Positions 17,595 through 26,825 of a stretch of 62,424 nucleotides of DNA are shown one piece after another (positions within the stretch are counted from its first letter, which is position 1; each line of letters starts with the position of its first letter). The position numbers and the translations under genes are program-made. Source of the stretch: an uncultured Candidatus Poseidoniales archaeon (GTDB lineage Archaea > Thermoplasmatota > Poseidoniia > Poseidoniales > Thalassarchaeaceae); the NCBI GenBank assembly GCA_964392975.1, contig CAYMRU010000001.1:1-62424 (forward strand). The letters run 5' to 3'. The notes beneath the pieces were generated by a model, which saw only the letters and a list, made by a program, of their open reading frames with translations, was not told the DNA's origin and made no database searches.

Positions 17595-17789
17595 CTAATC
17601 CAGATCTAAATCAATAATCTCTCTGCCCTCTGTGGAAGGTTCGGCCCCGGTAAGTTCGATGTATGCCTCCCAACACACAAACTTGTCATCGAGCACAATT
17701 GCCTCAGCGAATGTCATGGCCTTGCCAGTGTGGGAGCAAACAGGACCGAGTTGTCCGGTAGCCGTAGATAGTTTAGATGAGTCTGGCAT
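17595..17789 (-). CDS. hypothetical 64-aa acidic protein
   Basis: ORF only. It ends 10 nt upstream of the priS ORF on the same strand. No recognisable motif. Confidence 0.35.
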   Translation of the reverse strand: MPDSSKLSTATGQLGPVCSHTGKAMTFAEAIVLDDKFVCWEAYIELTGAEPSTEGREIIDLDLD

Positions 17790-17884
17790 GACATGTCGAG
17801 AGTATCATGGCTATTGACTGTTACTTCATTGAAGTATCATCCCAGTAGGCGTTTAGTAGTAGCAGTTACTCGAAGAATTTACCT

Positions 17885-18727
17885 ATGATGATTCGAATTG
17901 GTCACTCGCCTGATCCCGATGATGCATTCATGTTTCATGCATTGACTAATTCACTGATTGACACTGGTGACAGGAGATATGAGCATCGCCTTCTAGACAT
18001 AGAGACGCTTAATCAGAAATCCATGCAAGGCGAATTCGAAGTTTCTGCAGTTAGCATCCATTCATTTCCCAAAATCGCACATCACTACTCTTTGATGAAT
18101 TGCGGGGCTTCGATGGGTGAGGGTTATGGCCCTATCTTAATATCAAACAAATATACTACTTTAGACGAGGCCAAGAATTCAGTTATTGCCATACCCGGTA
18201 AGGGTACCAGTGCTTACCTTGCCTTGCGCCTTGCATTGGGTGATTTCGAAACAGCAGTAGTGCCATTCGACGAGATTATTCCCTCTCTGCAGAGGGGCGA
18301 ATATGAGTTCGGACTAATTATTCACGAGGGTCAGTTGACGTGGCCTGATTATGGTATGCATTGTGTACTTGACCTAGGAGAGTGGTGGCAAGGCATTACG
18401 AAGGGGCTTCCATTGCCACTAGGAGGGAATATAGTGCGTAAGGATCTCGGAGACAGTTTATGCAGAATTATTGCTGATGACATCAGGCGCAGTATTGTCT
18501 ATGCTCTGGAGAATCCTAGCGATGCTCTTGAATTTGCCAAGCAATGGGGTCGAGGAATCAATGAAGACACTAATCGACAGTTCGTAGGGATGTATGTTAA
18601 TGATAGAACAATTGATTATGGCCCTGATGGCAGGGAGGCAGTTCGAAGATTCTTAAATCAGGGCCAGCAAATTGGATTAGTCGATGAATCGTTTGATGTT
18701 GGTAGTATAAATTTCATTGGAGTATGA
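17885..18727 (+). CDS. mqnD: MqnA/MqnD-family protein, most like 1,4-dihydroxy-6-naphthoate synthase (futalosine pathway)
   Basis: N-terminal IRIGHSPDPDDAFMFHAL, IETLN, PGKGTSAYLALRL and GLIIHEGQLTW are collinear with MqnD-type periplasmic-binding-protein-fold enzymes. Confidence 0.75.
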   Translation: MMIRIGHSPDPDDAFMFHALTNSLIDTGDRRYEHRLLDIETLNQKSMQGEFEVSAVSIHSFPKIAHHYSLMNCGASMGEGYGPILISNKYTTLDEAKNSVIAIPGKGTSAYLALRLALGDFETAVVPFDEIIPSLQRGEYEFGLIIHEGQLTWPDYGMHCVLDLGEWWQGITKGLPLPLGGNIVRKDLGDSLCRIIADDIRRSIVYALENPSDALEFAKQWGRGINEDTNRQFVGMYVNDRTIDYGPDGREAVRRFLNQGQQIGLVDESFDVGSINFIGV

Positions 18728-18731
18728 TTGT

Positions 18732-19208
18732 ATGTCAGATAAGCCGGAAGTAAGTGAATTCGACTCAGTAGATCCAGCACCTGCAACTGAAGGTGGAATA
18801 GTCTCAGAATGGAGAAGTGTGATATGCAACGAAGACGAAAGGATGTTCTTGCGTATGCGTGCCTTGTTCGCGCTTAGGAATCAAGGTGGTCCAGAGGCTC
18901 TCGATGCACTTGCTGCAGCATTCTCTTCTGAGTCGGCACTGCTTAAGCACGAAATAGCATATGTCATGGGACAGATGCAGGATTCTTACGCGGTGCCATG
19001 CCTGATTGAACGTCTTAATGACCACGACGAAGATTTGATGGTCAGGCACGAAGCAGCCGAAGCTCTTGGCGCTATAGGTGATAGAGACGCTATGCACACT
19101 CTGAGGAGATATGTGGATGACCCGGAGCCAGTAATTTCCGAGTCCTGCGAAGTAGCGATTGATCTCCTTGAGTGGGTGGAGAGTAAGAGGCTAAACTACG
19201 AGGATTAA
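18732..19208 (+). CDS. half-size deoxyhypusine hydroxylase-like HEAT-repeat protein (two His-Glu motifs)
   Basis: RMRALFALRNQGG, SALLKHEIAYVMGQMQ, LMVRHEAAEALGAIG and DDPEPVISESCEVAIDLLEW match the signature strings of one half of eukaryotic DOHH as I recall them. ATG 18732 is preferred over TTG 18717. Confidence 0.7.
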   Translation: MSDKPEVSEFDSVDPAPATEGGIVSEWRSVICNEDERMFLRMRALFALRNQGGPEALDALAAAFSSESALLKHEIAYVMGQMQDSYAVPCLIERLNDHDEDLMVRHEAAEALGAIGDRDAMHTLRRYVDDPEPVISESCEVAIDLLEWVESKRLNYED

Positions 19209-20002
19209 TCGAGATTGGCCCATTCTGCACCTTCACTGCAACCGCAAACTTGTGTTAGATACATATCCAGTCCGCGTAATGCATCCGCATCTAGGCGATT
19301 CGATACCTCAGATTTGAAATAATTATCAAGTCGAGTCTCTGAAAGTCCAGTAGATACAGAGGCATTAGTGATAACTTGTAATCTCCATGGCAGGTCATTA
19401 TCGAATTTGTCTAGTTGGTTTAGCATATCAGAGTGAGCTCTTGTTAGTACAGATGTGTTGGTATCTTTCCTAGCGGCGAATACACCGAAAACCATTGGTA
19501 GCCCTGTCATTGAAGTCCATTCAGAGCCGAGATCCATTACAACCAGTTTTGGATTGGAAATGGACTCAAGAAGAGCCCTGTCACCAATGATCAAGGCACC
19601 ATCGCACTCGGACAACATCTGTTCAAGGTCGGGGGCCATCTCTACACGTCTTGGATCCAATCCCCTCTCATCGAGTATCCAATCCAGGAGCTGTTTCGAT
19701 GATGAAGAATCTGTAGGAACGGCTATGTCACGCATAGATTCCAAAGGTCTGTTCCCGAACACCAATACCGAACCAGTATTGCCTCTGCTAATAATTGCGA
19801 GATCAGGAAGCAGGAATAATTCATCCTTGAATCTAGCGTAGTCTGCAGTTGGGATTGGTGCGGTGACACAATCACGCCTCATTACGTGCCCACAAAGCCA
19901 TGACGGAGGGGCTGAGAAGATCTTCCAGTTGTCAGATATTCCATTATACACCGGATCACAGTTGCAAAATGAAACTCTGCCCAGTACCTCAGTCCAACCC
20001 AT
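19205..20002 (-). CDS. mqnA: MqnA-like chorismate dehydratase (futalosine pathway)
   Basis: VSFCNCDPVY (compare ISYLNxxP), ALIIGDRAL and DLGSEWTSMTGLPMVFGVFAARKD are collinear with MqnA. Confidence 0.75.
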   Translation of the reverse strand: MGWTEVLGRVSFCNCDPVYNGISDNWKIFSAPPSWLCGHVMRRDCVTAPIPTADYARFKDELFLLPDLAIISRGNTGSVLVFGNRPLESMRDIAVPTDSSSSKQLLDWILDERGLDPRRVEMAPDLEQMLSECDGALIIGDRALLESISNPKLVVMDLGSEWTSMTGLPMVFGVFAARKDTNTSVLTRAHSDMLNQLDKFDNDLPWRLQVITNASVSTGLSETRLDNYFKSEVSNRLDADALRGLDMYLTQVCGCSEGAEWANLD

Positions 20003-20006
20003 ATTT

Positions 20007-21191
20007 TCACCTATTTGAAATCGGTAGAAGAATGCGCGTATCTTCTAAGGATTGAATTTCTGTGAATTCGTTGTAGGTGGAGTTACGTCTGACTGGAGTG
20101 GATCCGGTATTAACAATCAATCTGATTAATCCAGTCTCAGAAGTATCAAGATTTGTCGTACTACCGGCCTCATGCATTATCTCTTCGTGACCCACAGTGC
20201 CATCAATGTCATCAGCTCCAGCAGTTAAGCATAGAGAAGAAAGTTTGTCGTCCAAATTCATCCTGTAAGCCTTGATGTGTGGGATGTTATCTAGCATCAG
20301 CCGGGATACTGCAATAATCCGAATGACTTCAGTCGATGTAGCTAGTTGCGCTTCGGGTAATCTGGATCTGTCAGGCAGGAATGGATACGGTACGAAGCAC
20401 TGGAATCCTCCAGTTTGATCCTGTTGGCGGCGTAAACGAATCAGATGTTCAATACGATCGGAATTTGATTCAACGGTTCCAAACAACATAGTGCAATTTG
20501 TTGGTATACCAAGTTGATGAGCTGTTGCATGGACCTGTAGATATTCATCCGATGTTTCCTTACCACGACATATTCTGTCTCGGATAGAGTCTACTAGAAT
20601 CTCAGCACCACCCCCAGGAATCGAGTCGAGTCCAGCGTCGCTGAGAATCTTGAGAGTATCACGTATAGAAATAGCAGACCTTTTTGAAATATGAATAATT
20701 TCAATGGCAGTCAAGGACTTGATGTGAATGTGAGGAAACTCACGCTTGATGAGCGAGAACAACTCGGTGTAGTGATCAATCTTCCATTCGGGATGTAAAC
20801 CCCCGACTGAATGAACCTCATCAATATGTGTGGATAATGGCGCTATTCTATCTATGAACTTCTCAGGAGGCAGTTCGTATGCATCAGAATGGTTTGGACC
20901 TTTACGGAAGGCACAGAAACGGCATGCTAGAACGCAAATGTTTGTGGTGTTTACATGCAGATTTCTATTGTAGAAGACCTTGTTATCAAAACGGGATTGT
21001 TTGACCATATTAGCCAAAGAAGTTAGACCATTTAACGATGGTTCTGCCATCAACTTAAGACCATCTTCGGGCGTCAATCTACCGACGTCAATCAACCTGC
21101 TAAGACAATTTGAAAGTATACTATTGGTTGACACAGAAATTGGAATTTCCATATTCGAAAGTCGTTGTCGCCAGTCAACCACATCTGACAT
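20007..21191 (-). CDS. radical-SAM enzyme of the MqnC/MqnE (CofH-like) family
   Basis: CxxxCxxC cluster motif CVLACRFCAF, followed by a TIM-barrel core (GGLHP, GGGAEI). MqnC and MqnE cannot be distinguished by eye. Confidence 0.8.
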   Translation of the reverse strand: MSDVVDWRQRLSNMEIPISVSTNSILSNCLSRLIDVGRLTPEDGLKLMAEPSLNGLTSLANMVKQSRFDNKVFYNRNLHVNTTNICVLACRFCAFRKGPNHSDAYELPPEKFIDRIAPLSTHIDEVHSVGGLHPEWKIDHYTELFSLIKREFPHIHIKSLTAIEIIHISKRSAISIRDTLKILSDAGLDSIPGGGAEILVDSIRDRICRGKETSDEYLQVHATAHQLGIPTNCTMLFGTVESNSDRIEHLIRLRRQQDQTGGFQCFVPYPFLPDRSRLPEAQLATSTEVIRIIAVSRLMLDNIPHIKAYRMNLDDKLSSLCLTAGADDIDGTVGHEEIMHEAGSTTNLDTSETGLIRLIVNTGSTPVRRNSTYNEFTEIQSLEDTRILLPISNR

Positions 21192-21301
21192 AGTTACACC
21201 TGACCTATGCTACGAGTCATGCGATTTGAACCCGACTATCACAACATTTCAATGAGCATGTTGTCCGGAAACCATCAATAGCCAAACTCCTAGTTTAGTG
21301 T

Positions 21302-22138
21302 ATGAGCATGCGTACTGGGGGGATGGGGCTTGATGTGCCTGAACTAGAGGAGATGGCCAGGAGATGCAGAGTCAATATCGTCAAGATGACTCACGCAGCT
21401 AATTCTGGCCATCCAGGTGGTTCACTTTCTGCAATAGACTTACTCTCCGGATTATACGGGACAAAAATGAGGATTAATCCGCATGATCCTAATTGGTCGG
21501 ATAGAGACAGATTCATCATGAGTAAAGGACATGCTAGTCCAGCCGTATATTCAATTCTAAATGAAGTAGGATACATCGATGAAAATGATATGATGTCTTT
21601 TCGAGAATTGGGTTCTGTTTGTCAAGGTCATGTAGACATGAAATGGACTGATGGAGTAGACTTCTCTGCTGGTAGTCTTGGTATGGGTCTATCATTTGGA
21701 ATTGGTTGTGCTTTGGCGGCTAGGATGGACGGTAGTGAGAGAACTATTTGGGTGATGTTAGGTGATGGTGAGATTCAGGAAGGTGAGGTATGGGAGGCAT
21801 TCATGGCCGCTGACTTCCATTCAATTGGTAATCTCAAAGTCATAGTCGATAGGAATGGGATTCAGAATGATGATTTCGTTAACATACAAATGGAGGTGGG
21901 TGATGTTGCAAACAAGATCAAATCCTTCGGTTGGGAAGTTAAGCAAATCGACGGCCACTCTATGTCTGAAGTGATTGAAGCTCTCGATTGGGCAAGCTCT
22001 CATGATTCTGGGCCTGCTGCTATTGTCGCAAATACGATCAAAGGCAAAGGAGTGTCCTTCATGGAGAATAATCCTGCCTTCCATGGAAAGGCTCCTGATG
22101 ATAATGAATTGCTTATTGCTTTGGAGGAATTATCGTGA
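21302..22138 (+). CDS. transketolase, N-terminal (TPP-PP) subunit
   Basis: ANSGHPGGSLS, GDGEIQEGEVWEA and split-gene organisation typical of archaea. Confidence 0.93.
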   Translation: MSMRTGGMGLDVPELEEMARRCRVNIVKMTHAANSGHPGGSLSAIDLLSGLYGTKMRINPHDPNWSDRDRFIMSKGHASPAVYSILNEVGYIDENDMMSFRELGSVCQGHVDMKWTDGVDFSAGSLGMGLSFGIGCALAARMDGSERTIWVMLGDGEIQEGEVWEAFMAADFHSIGNLKVIVDRNGIQNDDFVNIQMEVGDVANKIKSFGWEVKQIDGHSMSEVIEALDWASSHDSGPAAIVANTIKGKGVSFMENNPAFHGKAPDDNELLIALEELS

Positions 22139-23082
22139 GTGCACCTTCAACAGGGGGAGCATCGCGTGATGGCTATGGCGAGGGTCTACTGAGATTGGCT
22201 TCTGACCCGAGGGTAGTAGTACTAGAAGCAGATTTGGGCAAATCCACTAAGTCATGCCACTTCAGGTCTCAATACCCATCTAGGTCATTCTCTATGGGCA
22301 TCGCAGAACAGAATATGATGCTCGTTGCTGCTGGAATGGCATCGTCGGGCAAGATTCCATTTGCTAGTACTTTTGCCATCTTCACTGAACGGGCTTTTGA
22401 ACAAGTTAGGAATGGCATTGCAAGGCCAGAACTTACTGTACACATTTGCGGAAGTCATGGAGGCATCCACACTGGGACTGATGGTAGCAGTGCCCAATCC
22501 ATAGAGGATTTAGCCATCTACAGAACTATTCCAGGAATGACTGTAATTACACCCTCTGATGATTTGTCTGCACAGGAGTTGACAGTTCAATTACTAGATC
22601 ACAAAGGGCCCACTTACATGAGAACTGCGCGAAACAAGACTCCAAGAATCTATGATGAGAATTCGGTCACCGATTTGAGTATAGGTAAGGGTTCTGTCAT
22701 CACTGAGGGTTCAGATGTCTGTATCATCGCTTGCGGTGTTATGGTGAATGAGGCATTATTGGCTGCACGAATGCTATCTGAAGAGGAGGTCTCTGCATGT
22801 GTAGTCGATATGCATACTCTGAAACCACTGGATACAAAACTGATTGACAAATACATCGCAAATTGTGGGTGCTTGGTGACTGCTGAGGACCATTCTATCA
22901 TCGGAGGTCTTGGGGGCGCTGTTGCTGAGCATCTATCTACCACGCTTTCTGTGCCACTTGAGATGGTCGGCGTTGCTGACAAGTTTGGGCAAAGCGGCTC
23001 ATCTGGAGATTTAATGAAAGTAATGGGATTAACTCACGAAGATATTGTCGCGGCCGCACATAGAGCAATATCGAGGAAATAG
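22135..23082 (+). CDS. transketolase, C-terminal (Pyr plus C-terminal domain) subunit
   Basis: GIAEQNMMLVAAGMA motif. GTG start overlaps the upstream stop by 4 nt. Confidence 0.93.
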   Translation: MSAPSTGGASRDGYGEGLLRLASDPRVVVLEADLGKSTKSCHFRSQYPSRSFSMGIAEQNMMLVAAGMASSGKIPFASTFAIFTERAFEQVRNGIARPELTVHICGSHGGIHTGTDGSSAQSIEDLAIYRTIPGMTVITPSDDLSAQELTVQLLDHKGPTYMRTARNKTPRIYDENSVTDLSIGKGSVITEGSDVCIIACGVMVNEALLAARMLSEEEVSACVVDMHTLKPLDTKLIDKYIANCGCLVTAEDHSIIGGLGGAVAEHLSTTLSVPLEMVGVADKFGQSGSSGDLMKVMGLTHEDIVAAAHRAISRK

Positions 23083-23112
23083 CACCATATTCTCATTCAC
23101 AGCGTTTGATTC

Positions 23113-23988
23113 ATGAATGATTGGCATCGGCACACAGTCGTGAGCGACGCTGAGAAGGTCAAGGGGTTACTCGACGGAACGGTCGACCCTAGTGAGCTTG
23201 AAGAGGATTCCGAGCTGTATGCTCTGGCAGAACGAATCTATGGCAGAGAGGTCCTCGATGAGATGGGCATTACGGCTCCAGTAGTTCTCACCACCGTCTT
23301 TGAAGAGCCTGAATATTTCAATGGCAATAATATCGAGATTGAATTGCCTGATGTTCCCATTCAATTATCTGCGAAACCGATAAAAAAACCTAGAACCAGA
23401 AAGATGGTTTTGATTACCGGACTACTAGGTCTAATGGTCCTCGGCATGAATATCGTGGTAGGTATTGGCGCATTCATTGATCTGTGTGAAGACCCCCCTA
23501 GTGATCTTGCTCTAGAATTCAACTCAAAAGGTAACTTGCAAACCGACACTCTTCACGTTACTTGGACAATTACAAACATGAACCCATCATTGAGCTATTC
23601 TGTAAATTGGGTCATTACTGAAAATGGATCTCATACTCTAGTGGACACAGATTGGTTCAACTGGTCATCCCAGAGCACGCTTATACATCTTGAAAGCAGA
23701 TCTATCGATATATCTCCTTGGTGTTATATTTCAACCCTTTACGAGAATAATACTGAGATTGCATCATCAAATGATTGTGAAGGACAGGTTTCCATTATGG
23801 CATCTACAAGTACCATTGCGGATGGGGACTGCGATGACAACCCAAGATTGGTTTGGAGTCGGGTGAACGAATACACTGATCTCAATTCGTGGGCACCAGC
23901 AGGTTCTGGTGGCGTTCTTGACGGAGCTTTACTGATGTTATTCGCCATGATAGCAGTTTCAGGCCTCAGAGGAAAGTCGCGTAGATGA
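23113..23988 (+). CDS. hypothetical type-II-like membrane/surface protein with a C-terminal TM helix and basic tail
   Basis: Acidic N-terminus, then a TM helix (MVLITGLLGLMVLGMNIVVGIGAFI). An ectodomain of about 150 aa has several N-x-S/T sequons and paired Cys. The C-terminus is GSGGVLDGALLMLFAMIAVSGLRGKSRR. Confidence 0.6.
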   Translation: MNDWHRHTVVSDAEKVKGLLDGTVDPSELEEDSELYALAERIYGREVLDEMGITAPVVLTTVFEEPEYFNGNNIEIELPDVPIQLSAKPIKKPRTRKMVLITGLLGLMVLGMNIVVGIGAFIDLCEDPPSDLALEFNSKGNLQTDTLHVTWTITNMNPSLSYSVNWVITENGSHTLVDTDWFNWSSQSTLIHLESRSIDISPWCYISTLYENNTEIASSNDCEGQVSIMASTSTIADGDCDDNPRLVWSRVNEYTDLNSWAPAGSGGVLDGALLMLFAMIAVSGLRGKSRR

Positions 23989-23989
23989 A

Positions 23990-25540
23990 TTAGTACATTC
24001 TAGCGATATGCTGCCTGCGAGTAGTAAGATTACCTGTGACAACGCAAGGAACTGGTTCAGGATATGGTGAGTCTGACTCTCCTAGTAGAGTGAGTCCGGT
24101 TGACTTCTCGAGTACCTCGGCATCTGAATCGGAACCATCGAAAGCTAATTCGTAAATCAGGTCATCTTCAATAGGGCCCCTCAGATTGAGAACATCGCCT
24201 TCGGAAATGAATCCGGGGAATGGATGCACTAAGCCTTCAGCGACTGAATGTGCTTTGGAACGCAATAGAGTAGCTATGTCGTCTAGTAAATTTTGGGCCA
24301 CATCACAAAATCCTTCCAACTTGATGTCCTGTTTGCCACCAGTGCGCGAAGAAACCACACAGGTTCCAGAATCAAGATCACGTGGTCCAATCTCGACTCT
24401 TAGTGGAACGCCCTTAATCTCCCAATCGAAGTGCTTCGTACCCGGCCTCAAATCACGATTGTCCGTATGAACTCGAAATCCAGAATTCGCAAGATTCTGT
24501 TCTAACTCGTTTACGGCAATCATTACATTGGAATCTACATGTTGGGCTATAGGCATAATCACAATTTGGATTGGAGCCACTGCTGGTGGCATGACTAGTC
24601 CATTGTCATCACCATGCATCCCAACTACGGCACCCAACAGTCTTTCTGACATGCCGAAAGTGGTTTGGTGGCATGACTTGGTCATTCCATCTGCATCCTC
24701 ATAATTCAGATCGAACGCGCTAGCCCACTGATCCTTGTAATGATGATATGTCGCTACTTGTAAGGTGCGGCCATTAGGCATGACAACATCTGCTGCCTTA
24801 GTGTACCATGCACCTGGGAAAGTGTCCCACACAGGTCTCTTTGAGACCAAACTGGGAAGACAAAGGTCATGCAGGATTGATTGGACCATCTCTGCATCTT
24901 CCTCTATCTGAGCATCAGCGCCCTCTTTGTCTGCATGTACTGTATGCGCCTCAAAGAAGTGAATTTCCCTAACTCGAATGAATGAACGGGTCTGCTTGGT
25001 CTCGTAGCGGAATGTATTGACAATCTGAAATGTCTTCAATGGCAGGTCAGCGTGACTTCTTACCCACAAAGCGAACATTGTATACATTGGAGTCTCTGAT
25101 GTAGGCCTGAGGAACATGGGCACCTCGAGAATGTTCTCACCGCCCTTTGTCACCCAGTAGACCTCCTTCTTGAAACCGGAATCTTCCTCTTCGTCTCGCA
25201 GTTCGGAAGGATCGACGCCAGCAGCCCTTGCTGCCTTAAGTCTCGAAACAAGACGATTCTCCTTTTCAAGTAAATCCTCGGGTACGAGCAGGGGGAATCT
25301 GTACTCATGATGCCCTGTTCGTGCCATCTCTCTACGAGCTAATCCATCGATCAGGCTCATTGAATGCAAACCATATGGCTTCCAAACATCCATTCCCTTG
25401 ATTGGATACCTCTTGTCCACTAGGTCTGCAATCTCAACAATAGCAGGATACCAAGCATTGAAATCCGACTTGCTAGGAATTCCCCGCTTAGCCTTCTTAG
25501 GAGCACTCACGACTAATGGCGATGGTGAGGTGTGCTTCAA
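23990..25540 (-). CDS. proS: prolyl-tRNA synthetase (archaeal/eukaryotic type)
   Basis: Class II motifs (FLRPTSETPMY, FRYETKQTRSFIRVREIHFFEAHT), anticodon-binding domain and a C-terminal Zn-domain-like region. Confidence 0.93.
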   Translation of the reverse strand: MKHTSPSPLVVSAPKKAKRGIPSKSDFNAWYPAIVEIADLVDKRYPIKGMDVWKPYGLHSMSLIDGLARREMARTGHHEYRFPLLVPEDLLEKENRLVSRLKAARAAGVDPSELRDEEEDSGFKKEVYWVTKGGENILEVPMFLRPTSETPMYTMFALWVRSHADLPLKTFQIVNTFRYETKQTRSFIRVREIHFFEAHTVHADKEGADAQIEEDAEMVQSILHDLCLPSLVSKRPVWDTFPGAWYTKAADVVMPNGRTLQVATYHHYKDQWASAFDLNYEDADGMTKSCHQTTFGMSERLLGAVVGMHGDDNGLVMPPAVAPIQIVIMPIAQHVDSNVMIAVNELEQNLANSGFRVHTDNRDLRPGTKHFDWEIKGVPLRVEIGPRDLDSGTCVVSSRTGGKQDIKLEGFCDVAQNLLDDIATLLRSKAHSVAEGLVHPFPGFISEGDVLNLRGPIEDDLIYELAFDGSDSDAEVLEKSTGLTLLGESDSPYPEPVPCVVTGNLTTRRQHIARMY

Positions 25541-25554
25541 TGTAATGTCAATGA

Positions 25555-26790
25555 TTAGTCGTGAATGTGCAATAGAGACTCGATAGTACGACTCAGCTCG
25601 ACGTCATCTTCCATCTCGAGGATGCGTCCATCTGGCATTACGATCCTGCCTCTGGGGGTATTAGGGTCGTGGACTTCGTCCTTAAGATTGGCAACTACAG
25701 CATCGGTACCCAATTTGTCAATCTGCGCCTTAGCTCTACTCAACAACTCATCGACAGATACATCTACTTCGAGTTTAAATCCAATTCTGACACTACCCTC
25801 TGTAAGGTGAGCGATTTCCTCTATGTGTTTGGGGCCAGGTGCCAGTTGTAGATTCCAATCGGATTCGCCGCTGGGCTTCTTCCCAGATATCGGTTCGGTA
25901 TAGTAATCAAGAACTGCAGCAGCGTGAATCCAAGCATCTGGTTTGCTTTCTGAGGACGCTACCTCTAAACAAGCAGATAACATACTCGAAGGTGCGCCTG
26001 CACGTATGACTGTAGGTAAAGTGAATTGGGGATCTGAAGATGTAACACCTGCAATACAAACAATCTCATGGCCCATACGATAGAGGTGTTCAGCCAATCG
26101 CCATCCCGTTGCACCCGAAGAGGCATTCTGTATTGCTCTAACCGAATCTATAGGGGCTCTATTGGCACCGAGTGTGATAGCCACCTTCTTCCTGTTCGGA
26201 AGATGCTTGTTAATGCAGTGGCATAAACTAGCAGCTATCAGCACATGCTCAGGTTGCTTCCTACGGCCTTCTGAAATCTCATCTACAATATATTCTGAGC
26301 CTTCACTATCTAATGCATCTAGTAGTTCTGCAGTCACAGGATCATCGAACAAGTCCGAATGCATAGAAGGGACAAATAGCATTGGAGTTCCGTTTCCTCT
26401 GGCAGCCGAAAGCGCCATCATAGCTGGAGAGTCTATTACGCCGTGAATGTGCTTGGAGATGGTGTTTCTAGTAGCAGGGGCAACTAGTATGGCATCAAAT
26501 TTCGATAATTGTTGCATTTCAGAGTCCCAATTGGTGATTATTGGAGAGTCTGAGGCCCAAGATAGGGCCAGAGGGGTGATGATTTTTGTAGCCTCATTGG
26601 TAATGATTATGCTAAGTTCGGCACCATGACGTCTAATTTCCCTAGATAGTTTGACAGATTCGACTGCCGCAATGCCGCCTGAGACAACCAGAAGCACATG
26701 TCGTCCGGACAGGGATTCCCCCCTTGGCTCAACGTCTAAGTCGCTAGTCACATCATTGCGACTACTGCCACATTCAAGAGGCCGTCGCAA
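25555..26790 (-). CDS. coaBC: bifunctional phosphopantothenoylcysteine decarboxylase / phosphopantothenate-cysteine ligase
   Basis: N-terminal flavoprotein domain (HVLLVVSGGIAAVESVKL, VAPATRNTISK) plus a C-terminal CoaB domain (ITLGANRAPIDSVRAIQNASSG). The start codon is uncertain: TTG at 26790, with in-frame GTGs downstream. Confidence 0.88.
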   Translation of the reverse strand: MRRPLECGSSRNDVTSDLDVEPRGESLSGRHVLLVVSGGIAAVESVKLSREIRRHGAELSIIITNEATKIITPLALSWASDSPIITNWDSEMQQLSKFDAILVAPATRNTISKHIHGVIDSPAMMALSAARGNGTPMLFVPSMHSDLFDDPVTAELLDALDSEGSEYIVDEISEGRRKQPEHVLIAASLCHCINKHLPNRKKVAITLGANRAPIDSVRAIQNASSGATGWRLAEHLYRMGHEIVCIAGVTSSDPQFTLPTVIRAGAPSSMLSACLEVASSESKPDAWIHAAAVLDYYTEPISGKKPSGESDWNLQLAPGPKHIEEIAHLTEGSVRIGFKLEVDVSVDELLSRAKAQIDKLGTDAVVANLKDEVHDPNTPRGRIVMPDGRILEMEDDVELSRTIESLLHIHD

Positions 26791-26825
26791 GATGAAGTTC
26801 TTCTGCTTGCGCCCAATCCGGGTCC

